Positions 25,140 to 39,089 of a DNA stretch of 64,000 nt are shown one piece after another; the first letter of the stretch is position 1, and every line of letters starts with the position of its first letter. The notes beneath the pieces were generated by a model, which was not told where the DNA came from, did no database searches, and saw nothing but the letters and a program-made list of their open reading frames with translations. The translations under genes and the position numbers were made by a program. The stretch is taken from the NCBI RefSeq assembly GCF_964204645.1, contig NC_134034.1, forward strand, positions 9,188,962 through 9,252,961. Direction: 5' to 3'. Source of the stretch: Tubulanus polymorphus (lineage: Eukaryota; Animalia; Nemertea).

Positions 25140-26600
25140 CCCCAATCTAATAAAGAGTTGATGTGTCTGGATAATAATTGGTTATGTGGAGAGAAACCAG
25201 TATTCAAATTAGTAGATAAATTGGATTTTGAAAGTTTACATATTAGGGCTGTTGGCGTTTATTTTTGGTTAAAACAATAGTGAGTTTGTTATTATACTGA
25301 AAGACTAATCTAGTGTCGATGGTGCTTAATGTGGATTTAAAGAGTTCCAAAGTAAGTTAATACGGGATTATAATATTCTTTTGAGCTCTGCGTTTTGTGG
25401 ACAGGTCATTACGTCCAAAGTGAGAGATTCGGGCCTTGAAATAAGCTTTGTTTAAAATTTTGGATAGGCTTCTTTCTTGAGGGTAGTTCTTATATTTTTG
25501 ATTTCTTTATCTAAAAACATTTGATCACAAATATGTAGAGCTCGAAGAAATAATCATTAGGCTATTCCAATTTTGATGTTCAAAGGAGTAAATGAGAGAA
25601 AAAGAAGATAAGCTTCAACATAAGTCGGTTTTCTTTATACAGATAATTTCAAATTTGTTTTGAATATGACTGAGTACATCGAGAAATGGGATGCAGTTAT
25701 TTTCTTCCCACTCAAAAGTGAAATTCAAAGTAGGATATAAAGAGTTCAAATAATGTAAGAACCCATGCACATTAAAATCGGGGGAAACTAAACAAAGAAT
25801 ATCATCAATGTAAAGTCGCCAAAGTTTGGGTCTACTTTTGGTGTAAAGAGGAAGAATTTCACTTTCGACATGTTCCAAAAAAACCTGCTAAAACAGGGGA
25901 AAGTGGCTTCCCCATAGCCATACCAAAAATCTGTTCAAAAAAGTTGGAAACAAATTGAAAATATAAGTTTTTTGTACAAAGTTCTATCAAGACAATGAAA
26001 ATCTAAAGTAGGTAACTTTCTCCTAAGAAAGTCCAAAGTAGGTTCTTAAGGAACATTAGTGAATAAGCTAGCAACATCAAATGATATGAATTTATAATGC
26101 CCAGGAATAACATTTTTTAAACATTCCAATTAATCATGAGCCAACAACCGGTGAAAGAGTTTTAGCCAAATATTTAGATAGTCTATAGGATGGTGGGATG
26201 ATCGGTCGAAGCGGAATATCCTTCTTTTGAATTTTCGGAAGTCCGTAGAGATGCGAGAGCGACGATAACCGAGATTTAAATTTGTCAAGCGTTTTGGAAA
26301 CATCGTCATCTTTAAAATTCGCAATAATGTCCGACAGTCCTTTGTTGAATTCATATTGCATTGTTAACGGGTTCGATTTGAGTTTTTTGTAAACATCCAG
26401 ATTGTCAAGTAGATCTTGCATTTTAGATTTATACGATTCAATGTCCATGAGCACAATTTTTCCTCCTTTGTCTTTTAGAGATGCGGATTGTTAATTCTGC
26501 GAAGTTCACTGAGGGCAGATCGAAACCGGTGCGGGAAAAATTCATTGTGGTGGGTTTCAAGGTCATTGGTTTTTGTATATAGTCACCAGGGGACGTTGAA
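25140..26600 (-). pseudogene. Penelope-like retroelement reverse transcriptase remnant
   Basis: YGLPKIQKKDIPLRPII, FISFDVASLFTNVP, GMAMGSPLSPV, WRLYIDDIL, EENNCIPFLDV; many stops and frameshifts. Confidence 0.85.
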
Positions 26601-27739
26601 TATTGAAATTGTTAGATTGTTGAGCATTTGAAACCACTTCCCAAGTGGGCCCTGGACCCCTAGTTCGGTTGTTTTATTTCTGTTGGAAGAGTTTAAATAA
26701 GCGTATTCGTCAACTGTCTTGCTTTCCCCCTTTGTGGGGCCATCCACTTCTTAAATGTATTTTCTTTTTAGGCGTATTTTCATGTTTATCGTCGTTCGTG
26801 GCGGACTCAGAGCTGAAATCTGAGTTCAAGTACATCTGGGAGATAGAGGCTGATTTCGAGTCTGTTTCTGCGTTGCTTGAGTCGTTGTTTGTTGCTGGTG
26901 CAGTAGTCAGTTCTTTATCTTCCTCCTCGCTACTGCTCTACTCTTGAGTTCGAAGTTACTATAAACGAAAAGAACATGATTTATCAAATGCTAAATCGTT
27001 TGCAAATCAAGTCACCTAAATAAGATATTGTGTGCAGACGGTGAAGGAAATATAAATATCTAACACTAACTGCCAATGCTCACAAACTAATCTGAAATAA
27101 AATTTCATTCATAAAAATTTTCTTAAAATACCATAAATGCTCTCAATATCAATCACAATATAAAAATCAAATGACAACGTAGCATGCAAAATTGTGCTGC
27201 TAACCACTAATCTACAGGGATTTGAAGAAGGATTGTTGCAAGTCAGTGAAGTCTTTTTTTCAATTTTTATTACCATTGATATGAACTAGAAAATTGGTTA
27301 TTATGGGGTAGTAGAATGAAATTCCATATTTAAATTGATGCAGCTGTAGTTTCTAAATCTTGATCATTATCTTCAGCCTAAAAATGTAACTACTCAAACT
27401 GAAAGTACTCAATAATTTTCGGCCAATTTTGGCTTAACACAAAAAAATTACCGCAATGCAGATTTTTCAATGTTCGGAAAACTGTCTCATGCCAATAAGG
27501 CTTCCACAATTTTGACACTGTTCAGTATGTAAATCATCGTCTTCCATCAATGCAAACGGGTCATATTCAACGGCAGCCTGCAAGGGTCTGACATAAATTC
27601 TGGATGTTGATAAAGAAAGAAATCTTTCGATGGAGACTGGCCCATTATGCCTCGTCTCTAATTGATTCCTGGTACTGGTGGCGACGGTTAGAAGTTCAAT
27701 GCGCCTGCCCTCATCTTAGAAATGCTCTGGAAAAAAAAA

Positions 27740-30700
27740 TTTATATTTGAACTTAAGATTCAATTGACTGAATTTTAATACATTCAGGTAAAGTTTTTTC
27801 ATTAACTTTGACTTACTGATAAATTTTAGCCAGCAAATAGCTGGAATCACCCTCTTTTTCAAATAAAATTATCATTTTCCCCAGTGCATTCGCTTCCAAG
27901 CAATCTTTCTCCGGCTGGATTGGGGTACGCCTCCAAGTTGTCAAGTGCAAAGCTAATACCTTTTTTTCTCATGTATAACTATTGATAGCAAAAACAGTAA
28001 AGAGTGCATTCTTAACATAGGCTCCGCAAGAACTGGCTTCAATCTTATCAATTTTAACTTGAGTTAGGGCGGTACGGGTGATTACGGTTCACCCTTGCCA
28101 AGGTGGAAGCCTAACCTGCAAGGGCAAAATAGATATGCGATATTTGCGTATTCTTAATTGCTTCAGCTTATTTTGAAAAACAATAGCTTAACTAACCAAG
28201 TGAGTGAAAACAAGTAAGTGCGATTAATCCTTACCTGGGGATTTGAGTATTGTTTAGTATTCCTGTAAATAGAAGATGAAGAATTGATATTGACTATTTT
28301 ACTGCTTGTTAGAACAAACCCCAAAATGATAAGATAGCTCGCTGGGACTTAAGTAAGTCTTCATCTCATTTCAAATACTTTTTAGCATTTATATGACTGC
28401 CTAAAGATATTGTATAAGTTTCACATCCACGATCTACAAGCACTGGCAGGTTGGTGCAATTTTGACAATGTTTTGAATTTTGAAAACATTATTGCCGTGT
28501 AAAACATACTTATGTTCATTATAAGATGCAGTACTATACAATCTACTTCCATGTGTACAGCAATGAAAGAATTGCGCAACATCTTTTTCAAACTGAAAAT
28601 CTAACAATCCCTATATAGCTGATTTTTTAATACCATTGAGATTTGTGGTTTTATTGGCACCAAAGAAGTTTGCATTATTAGTAGTGTCATGATTTTTGAC
28701 AGGGGGTATCCTCTCAACAGGTAATTATAAAATTACAAAACTGATGCACTAGTTTCATCCCTTAAACACTGACTTGATAGCCTGCTAATAAATTTCTCCT
28801 AGATGAACGATCGAGTTATTTTCGAATGGACTCGTTGAGTACCATGAATGGAACTCTTCAATTTCCCAGCAAACAGCCAGGCAAATGTAGAGCAGGTTGT
28901 AGATTAAAAGTTAATCAATTTCTATGATAAAGATCCAGAGTATTCAAAATTACTTTTTTGTCATAATGTCAGCTTGGCTGATTTGAACTTCTGAAACTTA
29001 AGTGCCATTCAATAAAGTAATACCCGTAACAAATAAAAGCCAATGACTAAGGTAGGCATTTGGTAAAATACCAGATAAAATGACAGCAGAATATACAAGA
29101 AATGCTCTGATTTAATTTCCCATCCAAAATTATCTCTCGACAAGACTCGAGGCAAGCAAGTGACTCTGGAGGTTTAATTGACTGGAGGCAATTATCAATT
29201 TGAATAATCTTCTGTCCAATCTACTTCTCAGCATTTGCTGTCTCGCACCACTCTGCTAAGAATTAACAAATACATTTACAATCAGGTTGAAAGATGGCAG
29301 CAAAATCAAATCTGAGGGTCCTTTGACTCCAAACACTGCACAACCAGATTCAATTGCTTTTTCACATGGGCGACTGTATCAAGTAGATTACGTAAAGGGG
29401 GAAGCGGGTAGTTTAGTGGCCAGTAAATTATGGCATTACCATTATCTACCGCGCATTCCTCTTCATGAAGGCAGTATGGGCAACCGTAAAAACTGTTATA
29501 CTGCTTAGAATTCTGCAGCATTGAATCACAGGACCAGAGAAGATTGACAATTTTAGTATTGTGATTTCTACCACGTTGGTCAACCCAATTAAGAACTTCT
29601 GTCTTCAATGAAATACTTTCATCAACAAAACGTTTAAGGAATTTCCATTCATAATTGGTTTGTCAGTGCCAAACCAAAGACCACACAATAAAATGTTTTT
29701 TTCTGTATCTTAGGAGGAAGTTCATCGATTGTACACTGAATAGGCGAAAAACTGAATTTACCAGATTTGAAAATTTGAATGCTGCTGTCTAGCTGATGGA
29801 GAGCAGGTATTGTTTTACGAAGATCTCCGTCAATTAGATCGCAATAACTTTCATTGTTAATGTGTTCAGCTTTATAAAGTAAAACCTCGTCCATCAAATT
29901 TTTTTTTCAATGAAAAGTTCTCTCAACTGTGTTGCCAGGGGAAGATATATGTAAAAATTACCTGACTTATGGGAATCATCCTCATTTAAAGTGGTTCCAC
30001 ACTGTTCACAACTTTTGCCGGTGTCCACACATTGTGGTCCTATATATTGGCTACACTGCCCACAGAAAAAAATTAATTTGGTATAGGTCTTGCAGATTAA
30101 GCGCTAGTTGTAACTGCTTCAAAAACAGAAACTTTGTCCACGGAATGTTACATCGCTCCGGTAGCAAATTTTAAATCAGTAATAAAAGGTCACGAAGACC
30201 AATACTGGATGTTTTATGTCGTAACGTATACAAAATTATAAGTAGCGCCGATTCGCCGACTGTTACGTTTGCTCCCTCGTTGAGCGGCATAATAAACTGG
30301 TCAAAACTTGATGCAAAACTTGATTGATATAAATATCTTGGCTGGGACATGATGGAAAACATCAGAATAAACCTGTTTCGTGTTTTTAACATAATCGCAT
30401 TAATGACGTTTAACAATACAAATAGGCTAAATCGTTGGGCGAAAAGAAATTTATTTTCAGCATGAATAAAAATCGTACTAGACAAATTTAACCTAAAAGT
30501 ATGTGGTCGTCCCAATCGACATCATTATAGAACATTTGCCATCAGATGTAAAACATTATAACACTTATTACCTTGTATAATCTACCAATGCTTCAAGGCC
30601 CATCGGCCTGTCGTTTATCTTTTGCTTTCGAAATGGATACCTTATACGGCTACCCGGTAAGTGTTTATTTCCGCTATTACCATACACCATTGCTAAACCA
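27740..30700 (-). pseudogene. Degenerate EnSpm/CACTA-like transposon
   Basis: FKSGKFSFSPIQCTIDELPP, QYNSFYGCPYC and RLPRVLSR fragments; heavily decayed; boundaries approximate. Confidence 0.6.
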
Positions 30701-30726
30701 ATAGAAGTAACAAAATCATTATATCT

Positions 30727-31170
30727 GGTTTAGGATCACAGGTATAGGTTTGGGGCTCTTGACCATTAATAACACACCTAATTAAGGCAGAGACACCCCA
30801 CCGTTGCAGCGGGAGACCTTGTAAATAATTATAATCATGAGTGTGATTAGAGAATTAGTGAAGTTTTAGCGGAGGAGCTGAAATCTGTCAACCACCGAGA
30901 CCGGGACTCAAACCATTGATCTCTCACTTGCCGAGTGATTGCTGTACCACTTCTGCCATCAGGGTGACTTGCAGGTTGTCGCCCTAACTCTCAATTCGTT
31001 CAATGCTTCCTGGCACAGGCTACTGTTAGGATCACAGATAGAGTTTTGGGCGCTCTTGACCATTGATTACGCACCTAATTAACGCAGAGACACGAGAGCT
31101 TGTAACTTGTTATATAATACTGTGTGTGATAAGAGAATTAGAGAATTACTAGTGGACGAGCGAAAATCTG
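30727..31170 (-). mobile_element. Short LTR-like (TRIM, Helenus-like) element containing a tRNA-derived sequence
   Basis: Two ~150-bp direct repeats (30730-30887, 31024-31170) ending ...GATCCTAACA on the minus strand; tRNA-like segment 30891-30964 with A box TGGCAGAAGTGG and B box GGTTTGAGTCC; short PBS/PPT-like spacer. Confidence 0.4.
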
Positions 31171-31272
31171 GGTTAGATAGGTTCCGATAGGTTTAGAGTC
31201 TAAAGGACCCAGAAGGTTATGATAGGGAAGGGCGTTAGGTGCTAAATGTGGTTAAAACATTCGGTTTGTTCT

Positions 31273-31358
31273 AGCGAGCTCGGTGGTTTAGTGGGATGAC
31301 TCTGCGCTAGTAATTTACTGGCCCTGGTTCGAGTCTTGCTCTGTGTCCCTATTTTCTC
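31273..31358 (+). mobile_element. tRNA-derived (SINE-head-like) sequence
   Basis: A box TGGTTTAGTGG and B box GGTTCGAGTC; related to 54430-54476 (minus strand). Confidence 0.5.
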
Positions 31359-32184
31359 TAACTCTATTCTCGATACTTCCCTTGAATTTTTTTTTACACT
31401 TACAATAAATGATATTTTCTTAGTTTTTACGATGAATGTTCATATAGTTATATATTTCAACATATATGAATGTAAAGATATGATTTAGGTAGTACACAAT
31501 ATACACTTGTACGATTTTCTGGAATCGATGATATTTTCTTAGCATTTACAGTGAATGTATACATAAAGTATTATCTAATGTAATTTCAACTTATGTCTGT
31601 GAAAGTAATATGATTCAGGTAGTTCACAATTTACATTTGTACTATTTTCTCGATCTGTAGACTTTCAATAGGGCGCTTTTGATTCCAACGCATTCACAAT
31701 GGAACCATCATCGGCAGGAAGAATCGCACTCAATCCAGTTATTTGTCTTTTTGTTCTTGACATCGCAGTGATTCATGTATGTCAGCTACGTGTACATTGC
31801 AAATTGATTCTTGAAGTGACAGTTCATTCATTACGCATTGTTTTTACAAAAGAAGCTACATGTTTTGTTATCGGATTAGGTACCTGATCTCTGCTCATTT
31901 GGTCTTGCCAATATCACTCGACGTGCCCGAAGCCATGGTTCAAAGTTTTCGGTGACTAACTATATACACTCCTGCTTAAAATTTTCAAAATTCATTTCAA
32001 TATGAATCTCATGTTTTCTCTTACCAGCACTCGGCTATTCAATTGATTCTATGATTACTTTCTTGGTAGACTCTGAAATGAAATCTATTCAATATGATTC
32101 TCAGTTTTTTTTCTTTCTATTTACCGGTGACTTTTATTCACGTGATGGTAATTTTTTTTTTAAATTGAGTTGTTAAGGTATTTT

Positions 32185-32365
32185 GCCTGCACTCGGTTCT
32201 TCAAAGGAAATTTGTTCAGGAGACTCGGGTGTTTATGCACCACTCGGTGTTTCAAATGACATTTTGTTCAGGAGATTCGGGTATTTGACCTGCACCACTC
32301 GGTGCTTGAAATGACATTTGTTCAGGAAACTTAAGTATTTCACCTGCACCACTCGGTTCACAAAT
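32185..32365. repeat. ~54-bp tandem repeat (~3.5 copies)
   Basis: CCTGCACCACTCGGT...AAATGACATTTGTTCAGGA units. Confidence 0.75.
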
Positions 32366-34100
32366 GACACCGGTTCAGGAGACCTCGGGCCAATTCCATC
32401 GATCCCTTCGTCTTCTTGGACGATCTTGGACATTTTCGAAGTCGTGGCTCAGAATTTTCTGGAAAAAAAATATTTCTTCAATAACGATTGAACGGTGATA
32501 GGATTTCCACTCATTTCGAACAACATACATACCAGCGAATAATCCGTCGACAATTTCGGTTGGTATCTCAGAAAGTGGAATTACTGCCGACGATACATTA
32601 CTTCCCCCGATCCTCGAATGTTGCCCACAACGTCCCCTCATCTCCAAAACCCCATCCTTCAGCTTTTTCTCGCTTATTGTTATAGTTGATTGCCTTGGCC
32701 GCAGTTCGGCGCTCAAGTTTCTTATCCAAACGGCAACACGGCGCTCCTGTTTGCTGTTTAGTGAATGATGAGTGATGAGATGAAATTTATATTTTAACTT
32801 AAGATTCAATTGACTGAATTTTTAATACATTCAGGGAAAGTTTTTTCATTAACTTTGACTTAGTGATAAATTTTAGACAGCAAATAGCTGGAATCACCCT
32901 CTTTTTCAAATAAAATTATCATTTTCCCCAGTGCATTCGCTTCCAAGCAATCTTTCTTCGGCTGCATTGGGGTACGCCTCCAAGTTGTGAAGGGCAAAGC
33001 TACCACCTTTTTTCTTATGTATAACTATTGATAGCAAAAACAGTAAAGAGTGCATTCTTAACATAGGCTCCGCAAGAACTGGCTTCAATCTTATCCATTT
33101 TAACTTGAGTTGGGGCGGTACGGGTGATTACGGTTCACCCTTGCCAAGGTGGGAGCCTAACCTGCAAGGGCAAAATAGATATGCGATATTTGCATATTCT
33201 TAATTGCTTCAGCTTATTTTGAAAAACAATAGTTTAACTAACCAAGTGAGTGAAAACAAGTAAGTGCGATTAATCCTTACCTGGGGATTTGAGTATTGTT
33301 GAGTATTCCTGTAAATAGAAGATGAAGAATTGATATTGACTATTTTACTGCTTGTTAGAACAAACCCCAAAATGATAAGATAGCTCGCTGGGACTTAAGT
33401 AAGTCTTCATCTCATTTCAAATACTTCTTAGCATTTATATGACTGCCTAAAAATATTGTATAAGTTTCACATCCACGATCTACAAAGCACTGGCAGGTTG
33501 GTGCAATTTTGACAATGTTTTGAATTTTGAAAACATTATTGCCGTGTAAAACATACTTATGTTCATTATAAGATGCAGTACTATACAATCTACTTCCATG
33601 TGTACAGCAATGAAAGAATTGCGCAACATCTTTTTCAAACTGAAAATCTAACAATCCCTATATAGCTGATTTTTTAATACCATTGAGATTTGTGGTTTTA
33701 TTGGCACCAATAAAGGTTGCATTATTAGTAGTGTCATGATTTTTGACAGGGGGTATCCTCTCAACAGGTAATTATAAAATTACAAAACTGATGCACTAGT
33801 TTCATCCCTTAAACACTGACTTGATAGCCTGCTAATAAATTTCTCCTAGATGAAAGATCGAGTTATTTGCGAATGGACTCGTTGAGTACCATGAATGGAA
33901 CTCTTCAATTTCCCAGCAAACCCTTCAAATAAAAATGATGATGTAGACCATAAAGGTCCACATCGCCTGACACAGTCAGGCAAATGTAGAGCAGGTTATA
34001 GATTAAAAGTTAATCAATTTCTATGATAAAGATCCAGAGTATTCAAAATGACTTTTTTGTCATAATGTCAGCTTGGCTGATTTGAACTTCTGAAACTTAA

Positions 34101-37100
34101 CCCTTACAATACCGACCGGCTTGGTGAACGCGTCTGTACCGAGGGTATTTTGGGGGGTTTTTTTAAACCTCTGTAAACAGTAAACCAAGCATTTACCATA
34201 GAAAACTCCTATACCATGTAGTCAAGTACTTATAGGACTTGTTTCCAAAAAAAAATTCAATTTTGTGACCTTGAGGTCAAGGTCACGTGATCCAAGATGA
34301 CCGCCACGTCAACATTTTTGTAATTATTTTACAGTAAAACTGCTGTAACTTTCAAAATAGTGCACTAATTCACTCAATTCCAACTGTAAATGATGGCTAT
34401 GAATGTTTTCCTTTATTTATGAGCAATTTGAATGCTATCTGACAACTAGAAGTATTGTCTTTTAGGACTTATGTCTCATAAATTACGGTGGAGCAATTTT
34501 CATGTGCAACGAAAATTGAAAATTCATCCTCAATGTAACAGCTGACCAATCATTTTCCAGAAATAAATCATATAAAGGTTAGTCCAGAAGAGTTTAGTAA
34601 TTCATTTGGATCAAAAAAACATAATACAGCTTTCTTGATTGATGACCTTGACCTCAAGGTCACATGACCTAAGATAAACATGAGCATTGAATCGAACCTC
34701 AATTTTTACTCAAATTGCTCCATCTTTCAAGACAATTCATGAAACCAATGTATTTCAATTGTAAATGAAAGCTATGTGTATTACCTTTATTGAGAATAAA
34801 GGAGAAAACAAATAAACTTGTAGATAGCTTTCTTTCTGGTAATTTATATATATGTTGCCTCACTTGAAGTCTAACAATTTTCTTATTATTCAACTGGACC
34901 AACTCGACATACAAAAAAGTACATGTATAAGCTTAGTACTTACATAGAACTACTGTCCTGAGTAGTCTAGCTTGGTATGATACTGTTCAAAACAGTCCCC
35001 TTCAATGTGAAGGCCAGGCTGATCAACACAAGTCTTACAAATGAATGAAGTCTCAACTGGTTTTCCACTGGGTTGCCGAATTCCCCGGTCATAACAAACA
35101 CGGAATTGCTTGGTCTTCCAACGTTTGCCACTGTCTTGAAATTCGCGCACTGCTGGAAAGTGACGTCCTGTCAGTCTAGTTACGGTAGTTTGGCGCAAAA
35201 CAGTTTTGTTCAATCTGGGACTCGATGTCAGCAGTACCGCAATCGTGTCATGTAGAAATGTTAGAAACGTGTTACTCTCGGCGGCAAACTGCTCATAAAG
35301 TTTGTGAGCATTCAAAGCAGCTAATATAACCAGGTGTAAAACTAGCTTATGGCTCCACTTGTATGACCTACGCAATGTCAGAATGCTGTGTAGCTGTTGA
35401 TCAGTCAGATCGACGCCGCCCATTTTATGGTTATAATCGATGATGCATGTAGGTTTGAGTACACGATTACCCAAACGGTCAGGTTTACCTGTATCCGCAG
35501 TTTGAGCACCATGCTTGGTGGATAATAGATGAACTATTTTCGGCTTTTTGTTACTTTTGTCTTTCGTCGCCCTGTATTTTATCGCTAATACATTTTGCGT
35601 GTTGTCGCAATGAAACAACGATTCTCCCTTCTGGATATCTTCAACTTTTAGATCAGCAGGAAACATTTTCCTAGTTGGCTTACAGGTACCACATATATAC
35701 GTGTCTCTGCTCAACAGCCATACTGCAAGAGACGGTGATGTATAATAGTTATCAAGCCAAATGATTCGGCCATTGTCCAGATAGCGATCGCATAATGTTC
35801 CGACAATTTTCTCACTGGCCGATAACTCGTCAAAATCAGGCAGTGCGGCGCCACAATACACAATAAAATCTAGTGTATAGCCAGAGGATGTACATAATTT
35901 ATACAACTTGATCCCAAATCTTACGCGTTTCGTTCTAATGTACTGTTTGAATGCTATTCTTCCTTTATACAGCATAAGGGACTCATCGACACAGAGGTCT
36001 TCACTAGGCTCATACACTGTACGAAAGCGCTCGCAAAATTTATCAATCATTGCTCTCACTTTGTAGAGTCGATCCCGATTTGGATCATTGATATCTGGCA
36101 TGTTGGCATTGGTCGCGAAGTGGAGAAATCACATAATAGCTTGAAATCTGTTTCGTGTCATGCATTCACTAAAGATCGGGCTATGATAAAGTTCGTCAGT
36201 ACTCCAATGCATGTGGATGCGTGGCTGGTGGTTTATGCCCATGAGCAGATGCAGCCCAATAAAAGTTTTCATTTCGGCCAGGTCTACATCTGTCCATTCA
36301 AATGGCATATCACCTTGCATAGCGGTTTGTTTCTCGAACGATATGATCGATGATATCATCAGTGACAAGCAAATTGAAGTATCCATATGGTGTCGCATCA
36401 TTTGCCATGCGAACGCGCATGCGTTCAACAGCGGTAAGATTCAGTTGTTTCGGTCCTGTATATTCAGCTGGTTGGTTCACTTTCTGCCAATCCCAAGGTG
36501 GCTGCCTTGGGTGCTGTGGTGCTCGTCCACGCAGGGACAGGGGCAGGATTCGCAGGTCCAGCGTTAGCATTAGCGTTAGCAGCATCACCTTGTCCACGAC
36601 TGCGACCACGCCCTCGTGGCCTGCCTCATACTTGCCCACGTGCCCTGCCCCTGCCTCCTCGTACTACCGGCGGATTGGGATTGGCAGGATTGGCATTCCC
36701 ACCATGTCTAGGTCTGCCTCGCCGCCTTGGTGCAGCTGCTCGAGCTGGGACATTGTTATTAGGTGTCGGTGCCGGTGCCAGTGCCGGTGCTGGTGCAGGA
36801 GGGATAACAACATTGTTGACAAATGCATCAACAGCTGCAGTTGCTGCAGCTGCAGTAATGTGATTGTAATTATTGTCAGAATCACTTGAGGACACTGTAT
36901 CTGTAGGCCTATGTATGTGGTGGTGTGGTACGGACAAGTGCACCAAGGCCGCGATCCCTTGTACAGCCCCGTGTGGGTAATGTGGGTTGAGCCCTCACCC
37001 CATCATCACTACTGTCCAAGTCACTACTAGCATGACAAGGGGGGTCTGCATCATAATTTTGTGTTTCCCCATCAGAATTTGATTCCAAGTCATTGTTTTC

Positions 37101-37390
37101 ACCGTCTGAATCATTCTCACCATATTCATCATAACTTTCACTTTCGTTATCACTGTCACCATCAGCTATGACACGTAACAGCGTCTCGTTTACAGAAAAT
37201 CGTTTTTTGTGGGCGCAGCCATGTTTTTTGTGAGATTAGTTTGTTAGAAAGACACTAGTGGCAGCACGTGATGGTGGAATTCAAATTGTCCTTAGGAGAA
37301 GCAAGTAAAGCGACCCCGTAGATACTACGGGTCAGGTACAGCACACTGGCTGTATATCCCGTAGATACTACGGGTCAGGTATTGTAAGGG
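34101..37390 (-). mobile_element. piggyBac transposon, TIR to TIR (3290 bp)
   Basis: TTAA|CCCTTACAATACC ... GGTATTGTAAGGG|TTAA; empty site at 28998-29001 in the duplicated segment. Confidence 0.95.
34950..37222 (-). pseudogene. piggyBac (PGBD4-like) transposase, frameshifted in the 5' half
   Basis: VDESLM, KQYIRTKRVRFGIKLY, LDNYYTS, YNHKMGGVDLTDQ and C-terminal Cys-rich CKTC..PGLH..CF..YH; acidic N-terminus from ATG 37222. Confidence 0.9.
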
Positions 37391-37789
37391 TTAAGTGCCA
37401 TTCAATGAAGTAATACCCGTAACCAGTAAAAGCCAATGGCTAAGGTCGGCATTTGGTAAAATACCAGATAAAATGACAGCAGAATATACAAGAAATGCTC
37501 TGAATTCATTTCCCATCCAAAATTTTCTCTCGACAAGACTCGAGGCAAGCAAGTGACTATTTGCAGGTTTAATTGACTGGAGGCAATTATCAATTTGAAT
37601 AATCTTGTTTCCAATATACTACTCAGCATTTGCTGTCTCGCACCACTCTGCCAAGAATTAACAAATACTTTGTAAATATTCAACTGTGAAACTTTCTATC
37701 AGGTTGAAAGATGGCAGCAAAATCAAATCTGAGGGTCCTTTGACTCCAAACACTGCACAACCAGATTCAATTGCTTTTTCACATCACTT

Positions 37790-38189
37790 TTTCGCTTAAT
37801 ATTAATTTTATTTGAAAATATGTATGAAATCTAAAAAGTGATAACATCAATGGTAAACTTGGTTTGTTTAAATGATCATTCCAACTAATTCCATATCCTG
37901 TTGTTGCGCAATAAACAGAAAAATTTAATTGGTTCTGCCAATACTTCATATTAGATTTTAATAACCATTGTTTTGCCTCATTTAAATTTTTGAAATTAAT
38001 TGTATACACATAAAATTTATTCTCCATCTTTACATGAAAATTATTACTTTCAGTAACATAAATATATAAATCAATTAATGAATTTAAAACTTCATTTCTA
38101 TATGTAATATCTTTATTAAAATCTATTGCTGGAATATTATATTTAATTGATTTATTATATTGGAAAGCTTTTGGAAAACTATCTGCCAT
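37790..38189 (-). pseudogene. Conserved PLV hypothetical protein, 3'-truncated (homolog of 58555-59889)
   Basis: YWQNQLNFSVYCATTGYGISW; abuts the EnSpm segment at ~37780. Confidence 0.6.
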
Positions 38190-38205
38190 TTATATAATTA
38201 AAAAA

Positions 38206-38640
38206 TTAATAATTTATTAATTCTTTTAATAATTTATCTTGTTCTTCAACTGTTATATGACCATTTAAACTTATTATATAATCTAGTGTATTCTTTAATT
38301 TATTAATTTCTTTTATATTAGTTTTAATTTTTTCTTTATTACTTTTTATATTTAATTTTGAACTTATACCAGTTAAAACACTTGGACTTAATCCTAATAC
38401 ACCAATTGATATAGCTAAAGGTGTTAATGGACTGAATATTGCTAGAAATGTTATTACAGAACTAATTGTAACCGAACCACTAATAATAAGATAATATATA
38501 ATTTTACTTTTTAAATATTTATTCTTTTTTATCTTTAAGTCACTTTCAAATTCTAATATTTGTTTTTCTAAATTTATTTTTAATTTAGTTTTATTTATAT
38601 CATGAGGAATAATATCAATACTATCAACTTTATCTTCCAT
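38206..38640 (-). CDS. PLV small two-TM coiled-coil protein
   Basis: 144-aa intact ORF with two hydrophobic segments; conserved second copy at 59906-60340. Confidence 0.7.
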   Translation of the reverse strand: MEDKVDSIDIIPHDINKTKLKINLEKQILEFESDLKIKKNKYLKSKIIYYLIISGSVTISSVITFLAIFSPLTPLAISIGVLGLSPSVLTGISSKLNIKSNKEKIKTNIKEINKLKNTLDYIISLNGHITVEEQDKLLKELINY

Positions 38641-38655
38641 TTATTTAGAAAAAAA

Positions 38656-39065
38656 TTACTAATTAGTAAATTTATATGCTACAAATATAACGATAACAGT
38701 TCCACCTAAAATCCATATTATTTCATATTTCTGTTGTTCTTTACTTGGGGTATAATAATCTGATAATTTAGGTTTGAATAGATGTAATTTTTCTTTATTT
38801 GTTACTGCGTTATATAAACTGATTGAAAATCTCTATGTGAAATCATCTGATCATATAATTCCTTGTTAATATAATCCATATCGTTTTGTCTCTTTTCTCA
38901 ATATTCTTCAGCTGCTTTATTGTATTTCTCTAATGCTAAGTTATGTCTTTTTTGTTCTGTTAATGATCCATTTTTATCAATATGCTTAAATAAATAACCA
39001 CCACCAGTAAATGCTAAAGCGTTAGCAATTGCCGATCCTATAATAGTTATAACTGCAGAAGCCAT
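38656..39065 (-). pseudogene. PLV membrane protein (homolog of 60357-60782), frameshifted
   Basis: MASAVITIIGSAIANALAFTGGGYLF..EQKRHNLALEKY; short deletion near 38820. Confidence 0.7.
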
Positions 39066-39089
39066 TTATTTAGTAAAATAATTATGTAT

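Larger units (their letters stand above)
32787..37778 (-). repeat. Second copy of EnSpm-like segment 27745-29365, interrupted by piggyBac
   Basis: Near-identical sequence from ACTTAAGATTCAATTGACTG to CAATTGCTTTTTCACAT. Confidence 0.9.

Noticed and set aside
30891-31358. Functional tRNA genes
   Set aside because: A/B boxes are present but acceptor stems and cloverleafs are incomplete; treated as tRNA-derived repeats.
36120-36889. GC-rich plus-strand ORFs
   Set aside because: Antisense to the low-complexity N-terminus of the piggyBac transposase.
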